A stretch of DNA of 64,000 nt from Escherichia phage vB_Eco_slurp01, in sequence record LT603033. The stretch is one strand, 5' to 3'. Below the pieces are notes generated by a model. The model saw nothing but the letters and a program-made list of their open reading frames with translations. It was not told the DNA's origin and made no database searches. This document shows, in pieces, positions 1 through 9,342 of this stretch (within the stretch, counting starts at the first letter, position 1; every line of letters begins with the position of its first letter). The translations under genes were made by a program, and so were the position numbers.

Positions 1-129
1 GATGAAGGGGATCGTATTGTCCTAGCTGAAACAAAAGAAGAAGCAGAACAAATCTTCACTGATAAAAACGAAAATCCACATTGGATGGAAGAAGTCTGTG
101 ATGTTAAAAAAGGTACTTATATCGATTGA
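1..129 (+). CDS. 3' end of upstream gene (partial, hypothetical)
   Basis: Frame 1 open from window edge to TGA at 127..129. Confidence 0.4.
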   Translation, partial: DEGDRIVLAETKEEAEQIFTDKNENPHWMEEVCDVKKGTYID

Positions 130-248
130 CAGTACTGAATAATAGCAGTATTATGTTTTATATAAAAGGGAATGCAGTGAAAGGAAAGACAGCATAATCG
201 TACTCGTCACTGCGTTCCCGCCCTTTTAAATTAAATGAGGAATTAACT

Positions 249-557
249 ATGTTTCAAACTAACACTCAAGGTTTTGTAATCATCGATTTGAATCAAAACA
301 GCGGTTATTGGATGAAACCTACTGACGCATGTATGCAGTTTGATTTTTTAGGTTACAGGATTAGTGTAAGTACTGGTGCTTCTGTACTGAGAGGTGGTTG
401 TATCGTTGAACATCTGGTAACTGATCCAGAAGGTCGTGAGTATGAAATCGCAGGTTCAGTACAAGATGCCATTATGTTTGTATGTCAGCGTGAAATGAAT
501 GGTTCGAATTCAAATGCACTGACTCATGCTCTTTCTCAAGAAGTGGAGGTTCGTTAA
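249..557 (+). CDS. hypothetical protein
   Basis: ATG with GAGG RBS upstream; 102 aa; stop overlaps next start (TAATG). Confidence 0.65.
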   Translation: MFQTNTQGFVIIDLNQNSGYWMKPTDACMQFDFLGYRISVSTGASVLRGGCIVEHLVTDPEGREYEIAGSVQDAIMFVCQREMNGSNSNALTHALSQEVEVR

Positions 558-802
558 TGAAATACATTGTAGCAGTACTCGTCGCATTTCTACTCACTGC
601 ATGTGATGCTTCTACCAAAGAACGTACAAGTGATTTTGTTCTACCTGCTGAATTAAAAGAAGCAGGGTGTAAGATTTATCGTATGCAACAAGATGGTGCT
701 GGTGCAACTTTATACACTGTGTACTGTCCTAATGCAAATACAAGTACTGGATACACTAGCGGTAAAACACGAATCAACACTTCCGTAATTCATGGAGAAT
801 AA
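557..802 (+). CDS. putative lipoprotein
   Basis: N-terminal hydrophobic signal with LTAC lipobox-like motif; translational coupling. Confidence 0.65.
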   Translation: MKYIVAVLVAFLLTACDASTKERTSDFVLPAELKEAGCKIYRMQQDGAGATLYTVYCPNANTSTGYTSGKTRINTSVIHGE

Positions 803-804
803 CA

Positions 805-1173
805 ATGAGCCTTGATACAACACGTGCAGCAGATTTATTAACTCGTCTGAATGATGAAGAATATCTTGCTGAGATAAAGTACAAGCTTGACAAACTTGTT
901 CGAAGTGCTGAAGTAATTGAAGTTGAAGGTCACTTACCGATGGATCAATACCATAGGTTCAAGGAAGATATGGTTTATTATCCTAATGAAATTTGGATTG
1001 AGTGGCAACATTGGACTAACAAAACTCTTCGCATTGAAGGGTATTGTGTGAAGTATGAAAGTTCACCTGGTGATGTTACAAAAACTCTATCAATTTGGTG
1101 TACAAAAACAAATGAACTCGTTGAGGTGAATTTGAATTATATGAATGGATTCCGTTGGGGTGATGTTAAATGA
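805..1173 (+). CDS. hypothetical protein
   Basis: RBS GGAGAA upstream of ATG; 122 aa. Confidence 0.65.
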   Translation: MSLDTTRAADLLTRLNDEEYLAEIKYKLDKLVRSAEVIEVEGHLPMDQYHRFKEDMVYYPNEIWIEWQHWTNKTLRIEGYCVKYESSPGDVTKTLSIWCTKTNELVEVNLNYMNGFRWGDVK

Positions 1174-1445
1174 TTAAAAAACTCTTGACTGGAATCATTG
1201 TGTGCAGTACAATGTTTCTTACAGCATGTAATGATGACGGCAGGTTTAGTGCAAAAGACTTAGTTCGTCAGGATTGTACATTCACAGGTAAGTCTTTTAT
1301 TAACGAGTATGAAATATGTACACAATCAGGTCGTATCTGTGGTGGTTGGGAAAAACGTCAGGAGCGATTGTATGTATATGAATGCCCTGGACATCACAAC
1401 AAAGTACTAAGCACACACAAACTTGTTTATGATAAGGTTGAATAA
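1170..1445 (+). CDS. putative lipoprotein
   Basis: ATGA overlap; signal peptide with LTAC lipobox-like motif. Confidence 0.65.
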   Translation: MIKKLLTGIIVCSTMFLTACNDDGRFSAKDLVRQDCTFTGKSFINEYEICTQSGRICGGWEKRQERLYVYECPGHHNKVLSTHKLVYDKVE

Positions 1446-1660
1446 TGACTACCAATGAAATGATGCAGGTTATTTGGGATAAAGGTTGTGATATTAAAAT
1501 CACTAGTACTGATGTTCGTGTATTCAAAACTGAATATATGGAGTACTTGGACCTTGATACTTATAATAATATTGTATCAATTGAACACAAAGGTGCAGTA
1601 CTGGAAACCATTGACGTAGTACTCAAGAAAGCTACCGACCTATTAGGAGTGGCAGTGTGA
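1445..1660 (+). CDS. hypothetical protein
   Basis: TAATG coupling; 71 aa. Confidence 0.6.
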   Translation: MTTNEMMQVIWDKGCDIKITSTDVRVFKTEYMEYLDLDTYNNIVSIEHKGAVLETIDVVLKKATDLLGVAV

Positions 1661-1803
1661 ATAACAAAGAGTGGGAAGATTACCGCAAGAAGTGCAGGGA
1701 GTTTGATAAAGAACTTACTGGTACAGTGAATGCAGTAATGTGGGTATCTGTAATTATTGCAGTTCTTGCGTTGGGTGCTATTATTATTAATAAATTATTC
1801 TAA
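1657..1803 (+). CDS. possible small membrane protein (GTG start)
   Basis: 48-codon ORF with one hydrophobic helix filling gap between flanking genes; non-ATG start. Confidence 0.3.
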   Translation: MNNKEWEDYRKKCREFDKELTGTVNAVMWVSVIIAVLALGAIIINKLF

Positions 1804-1813
1804 GGCGAATATC

Positions 1814-2014
1814 ATGTTTACTTTATATCTCGCAGTAGTTCTCACCAATGGTGAAATCACTCGTACTATTGGTGAAGGTGTATATAAAACACCAGACCAG
1901 TGCTACTCTGCCACTCATTGGCCTCGCGATAGTGGGGATGAAACTCGCACTGAATTCAAATGCATGAAAGTAAAAGGTGATTTTGTTAACCTTAAGGTTA
2001 TCGAGGCGAAATAA
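1814..2014 (+). CDS. hypothetical protein
   Basis: ATG at 1814 preceded by AAGG; track ORF 1757 starts at TTG. Confidence 0.55.
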   Translation: MFTLYLAVVLTNGEITRTIGEGVYKTPDQCYSATHWPRDSGDETRTEFKCMKVKGDFVNLKVIEAK

Positions 2015-2532
2015 TGGATATTAATGAGTTGTTGAAATTAGTGTTTAATCGTGAACGCCGCGATACAAGACCAATTGAATATCAAGATGTGATACGCATT
2101 GAAACTGATTTCTGTTATGGTAAAACAACTCATGACCTTTTGAATCTCTCTGGAAAACGCTATGCTGATGTTTGTTTTTCAGAGAGAAGTGATGGTTCAG
2201 AAATAACGAGTACTGATATTGTTTGTTACGCACGCAGTGCTGATAAATCTTATGAAATAGAACTTATATATTCCCCTAGTTCTAAAACAAATCATCACCG
2301 CCATATTTTATATGATGTTTACACACCACCTGGTATTGCTGAATATTTTGTTATTGATTATAGTACTGAAGAAAATGTGTTTCAACAAAGTTTGATTCAT
2401 AACTTTGAGGTGAATGATCCATTAGTACCAAAGTTGTTCAAACTACTTGACACCATAGATGTTGATTTTGAATTTGTTATGTGCATTAGAACTTCTTTAT
2501 TCAATGAATTCATGGAACTTTTTAATATATGA
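2014..2532 (+). CDS. hypothetical protein
   Basis: TAATG coupling; 172 aa. Confidence 0.65.
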   Translation: MDINELLKLVFNRERRDTRPIEYQDVIRIETDFCYGKTTHDLLNLSGKRYADVCFSERSDGSEITSTDIVCYARSADKSYEIELIYSPSSKTNHHRHILYDVYTPPGIAEYFVIDYSTEENVFQQSLIHNFEVNDPLVPKLFKLLDTIDVDFEFVMCIRTSLFNEFMELFNI

Positions 2533-2750
2533 ATAGATACTATGTTGTGTATGAACACGTCTCTGAATTTAATAACATACGCGGGTTTTCCAGAGTAGTC
2601 ACCAAGATGGATGTATTCATTCGTGCTCTTAGTGAAGTAGATGCACTGTTTAAATTGTTTGATGAAATTACAAAGTATAACACACCCAAAACACACCGCT
2701 ATGTGGAAACTGTACATAGCATTATACTAACTGAAAGTGATGAGGAATGA
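2529..2750 (+). CDS. hypothetical protein
   Basis: ATGA overlap; 73 aa. Confidence 0.6.
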   Translation: MNRYYVVYEHVSEFNNIRGFSRVVTKMDVFIRALSEVDALFKLFDEITKYNTPKTHRYVETVHSIILTESDEE

Positions 2751-2753
2751 TAA

Positions 2754-2972
2754 ATGAATTTATATCTAGTTGAAGGTTTAGTACAAGTCTATAAACCAGA
2801 AGGTGAAGGTCTACGTTTTTCACACGTAGAAGAATTTAAGTACGTTGTACAGGCTGATGGTCAGTACGATGCGGAAATTCAAGTAGATGAATCATTCCGT
2901 AAGAAAAATGAAATTGGTAAATTTCAATACCAGAACTTACAATACAAAGTATGGCCTAGTATAAATGACTAA
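2754..2972 (+). CDS. hypothetical protein
   Basis: ATG shortly after upstream stop; 72 aa. Confidence 0.6.
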   Translation: MNLYLVEGLVQVYKPEGEGLRFSHVEEFKYVVQADGQYDAEIQVDESFRKKNEIGKFQYQNLQYKVWPSIND

Positions 2973-3180
2973 GATGTGGTGGTGTCATGGTGTATATAAC
3001 GTGTATGTAAATGGTAGATATAAAATGTCTAGTACCTATGCAAGACGTGTTAATGCGAACAACCAAGTTGATGCTGCTTGTGAGATCATTGAGTGGTATG
3101 CTGAGTTCAATGCACCTGACTATATGTACGAAATAGTTACAATAAATGTTGTACAAATCGATACATCTTTGATACAATAA
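2965..3180 (+). CDS. hypothetical protein
   Basis: Overlapping start; 71 aa. Confidence 0.55.
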   Translation: MTKMWWCHGVYNVYVNGRYKMSSTYARRVNANNQVDAACEIIEWYAEFNAPDYMYEIVTINVVQIDTSLIQ

Positions 3181-3212
3181 CCACATCAAAAAAATTGCAT
3201 CTGAGGATACTT

Positions 3213-3875
3213 ATGTTAGTTAATCTTAATTTCATCACTTCACCTGACTGGGCATTACGTGGAGTTTCTTTAAACTTCAAGGAAACTATGTTTGACTACA
3301 TTGGTGAGTGTACATTGGTAAATGCAACTTTTGATCCAAATCATCCGTTTTGGGCTGAAATTCATGATCCAAATGTAAACAACAATACATCTGTTATGAC
3401 TATTGTCCAGACTAAACATGCAGGTATCCTTGCAGGTTATCGACCTGCACATGCAATTGAACACTTCACTGATTACGATGTCGTGGATGAATACCCAATG
3501 ATCCATGAAGATGGAAGTCTATACACATCTGAAGACTTCCGTGCTATCTTTAATAGTACTGATGATATTCTACCAAGTGGACGTCCACGTCCTGAGTCTT
3601 ATCTTATGCATTCATCTTATGGTGTAGCAGATACGCTTGAACAGATTATGAAGAAGTACAAGAACCTAATTGAAGGTCCAGAAGAAATTGTCTTGTGCTA
3701 TCACCCAGTACTGAAGTCTGAACAACCAAAGGATGGTGGATGGCGTTGGCATAAGAATGGTGAGTATATCGGTACTAAACGAAGTAAAGAACGTTTTGAG
3801 TACTTGTATGATGAGCCAGATGTTGATGTGGTTTTGTGTTATAATTTTATTAAGGTGAAAAAGAAATGTATCTAG
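3213..3875 (+). CDS. hypothetical protein
   Basis: ATG at 3213 with GAGGA RBS; track ORF starts at TTG 3195; about 220 aa. Confidence 0.65.
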   Translation: MLVNLNFITSPDWALRGVSLNFKETMFDYIGECTLVNATFDPNHPFWAEIHDPNVNNNTSVMTIVQTKHAGILAGYRPAHAIEHFTDYDVVDEYPMIHEDGSLYTSEDFRAIFNSTDDILPSGRPRPESYLMHSSYGVADTLEQIMKKYKNLIEGPEEIVLCYHPVLKSEQPKDGGWRWHKNGEYIGTKRSKERFEYLYDEPDVDVVLCYNFIKVKKKCI

Positions 3876-4108
3876 TACTAAGTTTTGTTGTTGCACTATT
3901 GTTTATGTTCTATCCTACACTAGTGGCATTAGCCACTAGGCGAACGATGGTAGATCTCACTACTGTATTCTTGCTAAACGTGGCATTAGTACTGGTGTCT
4001 ATTATCATTCCAGTGAGCTTTACAGTTATTGATATTATTTCGGTATTACTCTTCGTGTTAAGTTATCTTATGCTTATTGAAGAAACAAATGTTGACAAAC
4101 GTTCGTAG
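3866..4108 (+). CDS. small membrane protein
   Basis: Strongly hydrophobic 80-aa product. Confidence 0.55.
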   Translation: MYLVLSFVVALLFMFYPTLVALATRRTMVDLTTVFLLNVALVLVSIIIPVSFTVIDIISVLLFVLSYLMLIEETNVDKRS

Positions 4109-4166
4109 TACTGTATAATGGTTCCTGTAGTCTGAAACTTAACACTTAAACTTGAGGTAAAAAAAT

Positions 4167-4493
4167 ATGCTATCAGTACTAATTTCAATTCCGTCTTTAA
4201 TTCTGATTTGGCTTCTGGTTTACGAATGCTTCATTACTGATGATAATGATAAAAAAGAGTTCTCTGAGTTGTTTATGCTTGATTCACCGATTGTGCGTAT
4301 TTTCTATGCAGTCGTTGTGGTTTCAGTAATTGTATGGGTTTTGAGTTTTATCTTCCCACTCGGTGCAGTAGTTAAAACTTTGGATTTAGTTGAGAACTTT
4401 GTTGCAATTATGTGGCTAATCAAAGCACTATTTGCAGGAAATGTTAAAATTTGGATTGATATTATCAAATTCAAGTTCACGAATAAGATGTAA
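4167..4493 (+). CDS. membrane protein
   Basis: RBS GAGG; hydrophobic N-terminus and central helix. Confidence 0.6.
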   Translation: MLSVLISIPSLILIWLLVYECFITDDNDKKEFSELFMLDSPIVRIFYAVVVVSVIVWVLSFIFPLGAVVKTLDLVENFVAIMWLIKALFAGNVKIWIDIIKFKFTNKM

Positions 4494-4519
4494 CAGTGAA
4501 AATATCTCTATAGTATTAA

Positions 4520-4552
4520 ATACTTCTGTACATATATATAGTACAGAAGTAT
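4520..4552 (+). terminator. perfect palindromic hairpin (possible terminator)
   Basis: ATACTTCTGTAC-ATATATAT-GTACAGAAGTAT followed by TTTCT. Confidence 0.4.
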
Positions 4553-4571
4553 TTCTCGTTAGAGGTTTGTT

Positions 4572-4931
4572 ATGAAGAGTTATATAAAATTAATAGCACT
4601 TGTGTGTGCATTATTTTCATGTTTTAGTTATGGTGCAGCAGCAGAAACATATTGTCGTAGTACTAAGGGAACGTGGCATGTATTGACTAACGACCCTAGA
4701 AATGGTAAAAATATAGTTGTTGATGGTGTGATTTATCGTTTTAAAGTAGAAAGTATTATCGGTAATAAAAAAATCTCGACTTATAGAGATGATTCTGGTA
4801 CATTAGCAAACGTAATATTAATTGTAGACCCAAGAACTGGTAATGGTGATATCTATATAGTAATTTACTTGGACTCATCGGTACGCCGTGACCTAGATAT
4901 AGATAAATTGAACTTACACTGTGAAATATAG
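4572..4931 (+). CDS. secreted protein (signal peptide)
   Basis: N-terminal signal-like sequence ending GAAA; RBS AGAGG. Confidence 0.65.
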   Translation: MKSYIKLIALVCALFSCFSYGAAAETYCRSTKGTWHVLTNDPRNGKNIVVDGVIYRFKVESIIGNKKISTYRDDSGTLANVILIVDPRTGNGDIYIVIYLDSSVRRDLDIDKLNLHCEI

Positions 4932-4941
4932 GACTTAAAAA

Positions 4942-5319
4942 ATGGTAAACACTATTTTACTTTTGTTGTTGAATATTCCAATTATTCTGTCTTTTTTAAT
5001 TTCTATTTTTATGGCAGGATATTGTTTAGTTGCAGTAATTCATTTCATTTTAACAAACAAATATGTCCTAATTTCTAAGCTTGATTCTATTTTTGCTTGC
5101 GATTCGATTGCTTATAACTTGTGGTTAATTTGTTCTTGCATTATGGGAGTAACTTTCCTTCTGTATGTATTTGATGTCCTTGACCAAAAGTTCGTATACA
5201 TCAGTACTGGATTGGCTCTTTATCCTGCTACGTGGTACTTGATTTACGTTGGTGATATATGGTATAGTACTTATAAAGAATATCAGTACAAGAAATCACT
5301 TAACGTTGGAGGAAAATAA
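4942..5319 (+). CDS. membrane protein
   Basis: Multiple hydrophobic segments; 125 aa. Confidence 0.55.
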   Translation: MVNTILLLLLNIPIILSFLISIFMAGYCLVAVIHFILTNKYVLISKLDSIFACDSIAYNLWLICSCIMGVTFLLYVFDVLDQKFVYISTGLALYPATWYLIYVGDIWYSTYKEYQYKKSLNVGGK

Positions 5320-5321
5320 TC

Positions 5322-5672
5322 ATGAAAATTATTTTATTTTTTGTATGTATGTTAATGTGTGGATTGTCATATGCTGAACCATTGGAAGGTTTAGTTTGTA
5401 CAGATGGTAATATTAAACATATCTATCAAGGTGATAGTGACAATCGAGATATTGTATATATTGATGGACAATCATATACGTTTGTTAAAGAGCATACAGT
5501 AGGCGACATTAGCTTCACTGAGTTTTCTAACGACACAGACCCTAACTTCTTAGCGTTTATTGAAGTAGATGTATATGAAGATAGTAATGGCACACAATAT
5601 GCTAAATTAGTTATGATGCGTCGTGGTGCTAAAGAAACTAGTTTTGGTGGCTTGTGTAAATATAAGGATTGA
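5322..5672 (+). CDS. secreted protein (signal peptide)
   Basis: RBS GGAGG; signal-like N-terminus ending SYA. Confidence 0.65.
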   Translation: MKIILFFVCMLMCGLSYAEPLEGLVCTDGNIKHIYQGDSDNRDIVYIDGQSYTFVKEHTVGDISFTEFSNDTDPNFLAFIEVDVYEDSNGTQYAKLVMMRRGAKETSFGGLCKYKD

Positions 5673-5676
5673 TATT

Positions 5677-5868
5677 ATGTTGATTTATCAAAGTGATAAT
5701 ATTCGTGTTATGCAGCATCCCTACTTACAAATCTTTGATGTGCAGCAGTATATGGAAGGTGATGACCCAAGAACCTATGGTCGTAAGTATGATTACTTCA
5801 CTGTAAAGCAGTGTAAAAATATTAACGAAGTACGACAATTAGTTCAAGAACTTCAAAACAAAGGTTGA
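5677..5868 (+). CDS. hypothetical protein
   Basis: ATG at 5677 with AAGGA; stop TGA lies inside the downstream hairpin/-35. Confidence 0.5.
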   Translation: MLIYQSDNIRVMQHPYLQIFDVQQYMEGDDPRTYGRKYDYFTVKQCKNINEVRQLVQELQNKG

Positions 5869-5894
5869 CTTCGGTCAGCCTTTTTTGTTATAAT
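5863..5894 (+). promoter_or_regulatory. stem-loop/promoter hybrid (PeSL-like)
   Basis: GGTTGAC-TTCG-GTCAGCC hairpin with T-run, TTGACT as -35, TATAAT about 18 bp downstream. Confidence 0.6.
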
Positions 5895-5922
5895 TCTCTT
5901 AATAAATTAGAGGATTTTAATT

Positions 5923-6363
5923 ATGTATGTATATCGTTTTGAACTTAAATTTAGTTACATTGAACCTAACTTAGATCCTGCACGAACTGTAGGTCCGTTT
6001 GCACGGTATTCAACCAGATACAGTACTAAAAATGGATTTGACCGTTTGCTTATGACTACACCTTCTCAATTCCAACCTGAACCAACTGAGGATGGGATCT
6101 ATTCAATCAAAAGTGGATGGGTATTTGGCTGTCAAAGTTTGAAAGATTTGTTCAGATTCTTCACTATGGACTTGGGTAAATTGCATCGTGCTGGGTTTGC
6201 TATATCTGTATATGAAGTTCCAGACCACCATGTAGACATTGGTCGTAATCAGGTTCAGTACTATTGCGGTAGTGCTAAATTAGTTCGTATCATGTCAGTT
6301 AAGGAAGCAAAGGATGAGTTCCGACAAAGTAAAAGAGAAACACATGAGGTAATATATGGATAA
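5923..6363 (+). CDS. hypothetical protein
   Basis: RBS AGAGGA; 146 aa. Confidence 0.65.
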   Translation: MYVYRFELKFSYIEPNLDPARTVGPFARYSTRYSTKNGFDRLLMTTPSQFQPEPTEDGIYSIKSGWVFGCQSLKDLFRFFTMDLGKLHRAGFAISVYEVPDHHVDIGRNQVQYYCGSAKLVRIMSVKEAKDEFRQSKRETHEVIYG

Positions 6364-6700
6364 AACTCAAATAGAATTAAAGAAATTTGTTTCATTCTAT
6401 CTTCCTGATGACCCACGTAATTCACAAAAAGATATTGAATATTATAATATCCTATCTAAACAGTTAATGAGAAAGTTTCAACAGTGTTTAACTATATTCA
6501 ATACAGATGGAAGACGTAGATACCGAATCGTTTCAATGAATGATGAAAACGCAAATTTCTTTGATTACGATGTAGTTTTTAGAGCATATAATGATGATCG
6601 TATAAAATTAAATTATGATCAAATTATACTTGACCTGAATGTTATATGTGTTATAATCACTCACGTAGCCGAACTTAATGGTTTTAAAGAATGGTATTGA
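6356..6700 (+). CDS. hypothetical protein
   Basis: Overlapping start with GAGG RBS; 114 aa. Confidence 0.6.
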   Translation: MDKTQIELKKFVSFYLPDDPRNSQKDIEYYNILSKQLMRKFQQCLTIFNTDGRRRYRIVSMNDENANFFDYDVVFRAYNDDRIKLNYDQIILDLNVICVIITHVAELNGFKEWY

Positions 6701-6714
6701 ATAGAGGATAACAT

Positions 6715-6981
6715 ATGAAGCTTAAATTACAATATAATGGATTTACTTTACGTAATGATACTGAATTTATTAATCGTTCTCCTGGTGCTGAACTGTTTTT
6801 ACGAGAGATGAACATTCCTTTCATCATTACTACAGTGGGCGACCGTGAAGTTTTACAATATGCAGAGCATCCGATTATTGATGTTCCTTGGTACTCTGAG
6901 CATATGTACATGGATATGGCACGTCGCTACAACTGTAAGTTCGTAGTTGAAGGTGATAAAATTACAGTCGAATTTAAATAA
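6715..6981 (+). CDS. hypothetical protein
   Basis: RBS AGAGGA; 88 aa. Confidence 0.6.
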   Translation: MKLKLQYNGFTLRNDTEFINRSPGAELFLREMNIPFIITTVGDREVLQYAEHPIIDVPWYSEHMYMDMARRYNCKFVVEGDKITVEFK

Positions 6982-6993
6982 GGTAAATTAAAA

Positions 6994-7287
6994 ATGATCA
7001 GTACTTCAGTTAATGAAAGCATCGTCGCTGACGTAGAAATGGTTAAAGAATGTGCAGATGAAACTCTTCGTGATATGTACATTAATGATTTAATTACTGA
7101 ATACGGTAGTCGTGGTGTACACGAATTTATTCGTTTAAGTGGAGAGTTGATGAAAAATCGAATTCGTATGAAGCTTAACGTACATCCAAAAGCATGGGCA
7201 TTTACATTAAAATACGCAGAAGATATTGTGAATTTGCGTCGAACTGAAGTATATGAACGTTTGCACAATGGTATGTTAGATAAATGA
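6994..7287 (+). CDS. hypothetical protein
   Basis: RBS AAGG; 97 aa. Confidence 0.6.
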   Translation: MISTSVNESIVADVEMVKECADETLRDMYINDLITEYGSRGVHEFIRLSGELMKNRIRMKLNVHPKAWAFTLKYAEDIVNLRRTEVYERLHNGMLDK

Positions 7288-7339
7288 TTGTAAAATAGGA
7301 ATTCTTAAATGAATTCCTTTTTGTTTATAAGGTATAGTA

Positions 7340-7561
7340 ATGAAATATATAGTACTTGTACTGATATTATTCAGTACTGTTGTAAGTGCTAAACAAAAAG
7401 AATATATTAAATGTATAAATTATGAAGAGAAATATGTTGAAACATATAAAAAAAGTATAATTAAAAACGTTTCGATTACTAACAGAGCAACAATCATTGT
7501 ACTTAAAAATGGGTTAATTATGCTATATAAACCACACGTTAAATGTGAAATTATTAATTGA
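7340..7561 (+). CDS. small secreted protein
   Basis: Signal-like N-terminus; 73 aa. Confidence 0.55.
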   Translation: MKYIVLVLILFSTVVSAKQKEYIKCINYEEKYVETYKKSIIKNVSITNRATIIVLKNGLIMLYKPHVKCEIIN

Positions 7562-7568
7562 GGAAATT

Positions 7569-8141
7569 ATGAATCGTAAAGGTCGTTTTAAAGTATCAAA
7601 AAAGAACAAAAGTTCTAGGTTTAAACCTATTGTTTTAACAGTTAAATCTAACAAAGAATTAACTGCACTTAGTAAAAAGATAATTTCATCTAAGATTGAA
7701 GTATCATACGTAAATTCATTAAAATATATGAATGTCAAACCACTGGACCAACTCATTTCACTTATATTTGAACGTAATGATTTTGAGATATCAGTAGATG
7801 ATTATAGAGCCTATAATGCTGGTTTCATTAATGTTACTTGTAATAAAAAACTAACTGAGTTGGAAAATTTGTCATGTATAATAAATCTAGATAAAGGTGT
7901 TGTGAAGTACCATTTTGTACATTTCACTAATATCAATAATGGAATGGGTGTACAATCCAGACCTATAGTGCCTACGTGTGATGTTACTAAATTAGCAAAG
8001 CTCAATGATGAAGAATATTTTCAAGAAAGCATTGTAACTGAGCATTTAGATGATATAATAGCTACTTACAAAGAATGCATATGGGTGTTGAATGCTATAA
8101 AACCTAAATTGTGTTTAATGAATATTGTTCGTGATTTATGA
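7569..8141 (+). CDS. hypothetical protein
   Basis: ATG at 7569 with GAGGAA RBS; track ORF starts at GTG 7545. Confidence 0.6.
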   Translation: MNRKGRFKVSKKNKSSRFKPIVLTVKSNKELTALSKKIISSKIEVSYVNSLKYMNVKPLDQLISLIFERNDFEISVDDYRAYNAGFINVTCNKKLTELENLSCIINLDKGVVKYHFVHFTNINNGMGVQSRPIVPTCDVTKLAKLNDEEYFQESIVTEHLDDIIATYKECIWVLNAIKPKLCLMNIVRDL

Positions 8142-8154
8142 ATGGGGAATCGTA

Positions 8155-8598
8155 ATGAGTTGGGTAAATGTTAATAGTATTGAACTTAACGAACAAGATA
8201 TTTTTGCATTTGTAAATTTAACTAATAACACAGTACTAAAAGGGCGTTTGTTCAGTGCTAGTGATGGGTACAAATGGATCTCTTTGATGGATGATAGTGG
8301 TGTGATTTATAATGTAATGCAATTACCCCAATGGGTATATAGTAACACTGCTGACGATGTTCTTACCGCAGTTATGCGTGAGTTTGAAAAACTCCCAGGT
8401 GGTGATATCAAAAACAAAGTTTTTAATGCAGAACGTAAAAATTATACAGCACAGCAGTTGGAATCCCTTGCCATTGCTGCTTATCAAGCTGCTATTAAGA
8501 AGCCAGAGTGCGTTATTCTTAAGTATGTACCAGACTTAAAACTTACGTTGGAAGACATGGATGCATTCATTTTTACATCTGAACTTGGTCAGTACTAA
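8155..8598 (+). CDS. hypothetical protein
   Basis: First ATG with plausible RBS after upstream stop. Confidence 0.55.
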   Translation: MSWVNVNSIELNEQDIFAFVNLTNNTVLKGRLFSASDGYKWISLMDDSGVIYNVMQLPQWVYSNTADDVLTAVMREFEKLPGGDIKNKVFNAERKNYTAQQLESLAIAAYQAAIKKPECVILKYVPDLKLTLEDMDAFIFTSELGQY

Positions 8599-8713
8599 TT
8601 TAACTTTGGGACAACCATTCTTATTATGATATAATGTTTTATGTCATTCGATATAAATGACAACGGAACTATAAATATTATAGTAAAATTTATCTCTTAT
8701 AGGAGTTATAAAA

Positions 8714-9097
8714 ATGGTTGATAAATGGAATAAGAAAGATCCATCACATGATGTTGATATTTCTGGTCTAGACAATGCACATAAGCACAAGTATCTAGAT
8801 TCACTAGGTCTTCTAAAACCAGACCAAAGTCTTGCACATGATCGTCCATCCCGTGAAAAAGCATTTAGCCTAGAATCACTAGGTCATGAGCTTAATCGTG
8901 TGTTTGAGGATCACCCAATCTATGTACGTGATATTATCGAGAAACTTAAAGTAACTCCTAAAGAGCACTTTAAAGCAACAGTACACTCTGCATTCCGTGC
9001 ATTGCATGATTCTCTCAAGAAAACTCACAATCTTCGTAAAATTCATGATGAAATCGTGAATGCAATCGAAAGTGAAAAACATAAGTTCAAGAAGTAA
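8714..9097 (+). CDS. hypothetical protein, paralogous to N-terminal part of 9343..10896
   Basis: RBS AGGAG; shares YLDSLGLLK-type and KxxPKE motifs with downstream 517-aa protein. Confidence 0.65.
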   Translation: MVDKWNKKDPSHDVDISGLDNAHKHKYLDSLGLLKPDQSLAHDRPSREKAFSLESLGHELNRVFEDHPIYVRDIIEKLKVTPKEHFKATVHSAFRALHDSLKKTHNLRKIHDEIVNAIESEKHKFKK

Positions 9098-9104
9098 TAA
9101 AAAG

Positions 9105-9137
9105 GGGTTGACTAAGGTCAGCCCTTTGTTGTATCAT
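9105..9137 (+). promoter_or_regulatory. stem-loop/promoter hybrid (variant)
   Basis: GGGTTGAC-TAAG-GTCAGCCC hairpin, T-run, TATCAT -10. Confidence 0.5.
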
Positions 9138-9166
9138 AACTTCTCAATATAACTGAGGTATCATAT

Positions 9167-9280
9167 ATGCAAGGTTTGAAATTTGTAGTTGCTGCACTCA
9201 TCGCCGCAGTACTGGTTGGTGGTGTATTCTATGTAGTGGATCAAAAAGTAAATCCACCTGCACAAGAACAATCTAAGTAA
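9167..9280 (+). CDS. small membrane protein (37 aa)
   Basis: GAGG RBS; single hydrophobic helix; bracketed by two hairpin/promoter elements. Confidence 0.45.
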   Translation: MQGLKFVVAALIAAVLVGGVFYVVDQKVNPPAQEQSK

Positions 9281-9288
9281 CAAAATAA

Positions 9289-9319
9289 GGTTGACTTCGG
9301 TCAGCCTTTTCTTTATACT
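9289..9319 (+). promoter_or_regulatory. stem-loop/promoter hybrid (PeSL-like)
   Basis: GGTTGACTTCGGTCAGCC + TTTTC + TATACT. Confidence 0.55.
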
Positions 9320-9342
9320 ATAAATATAGACATAGAGAAAAA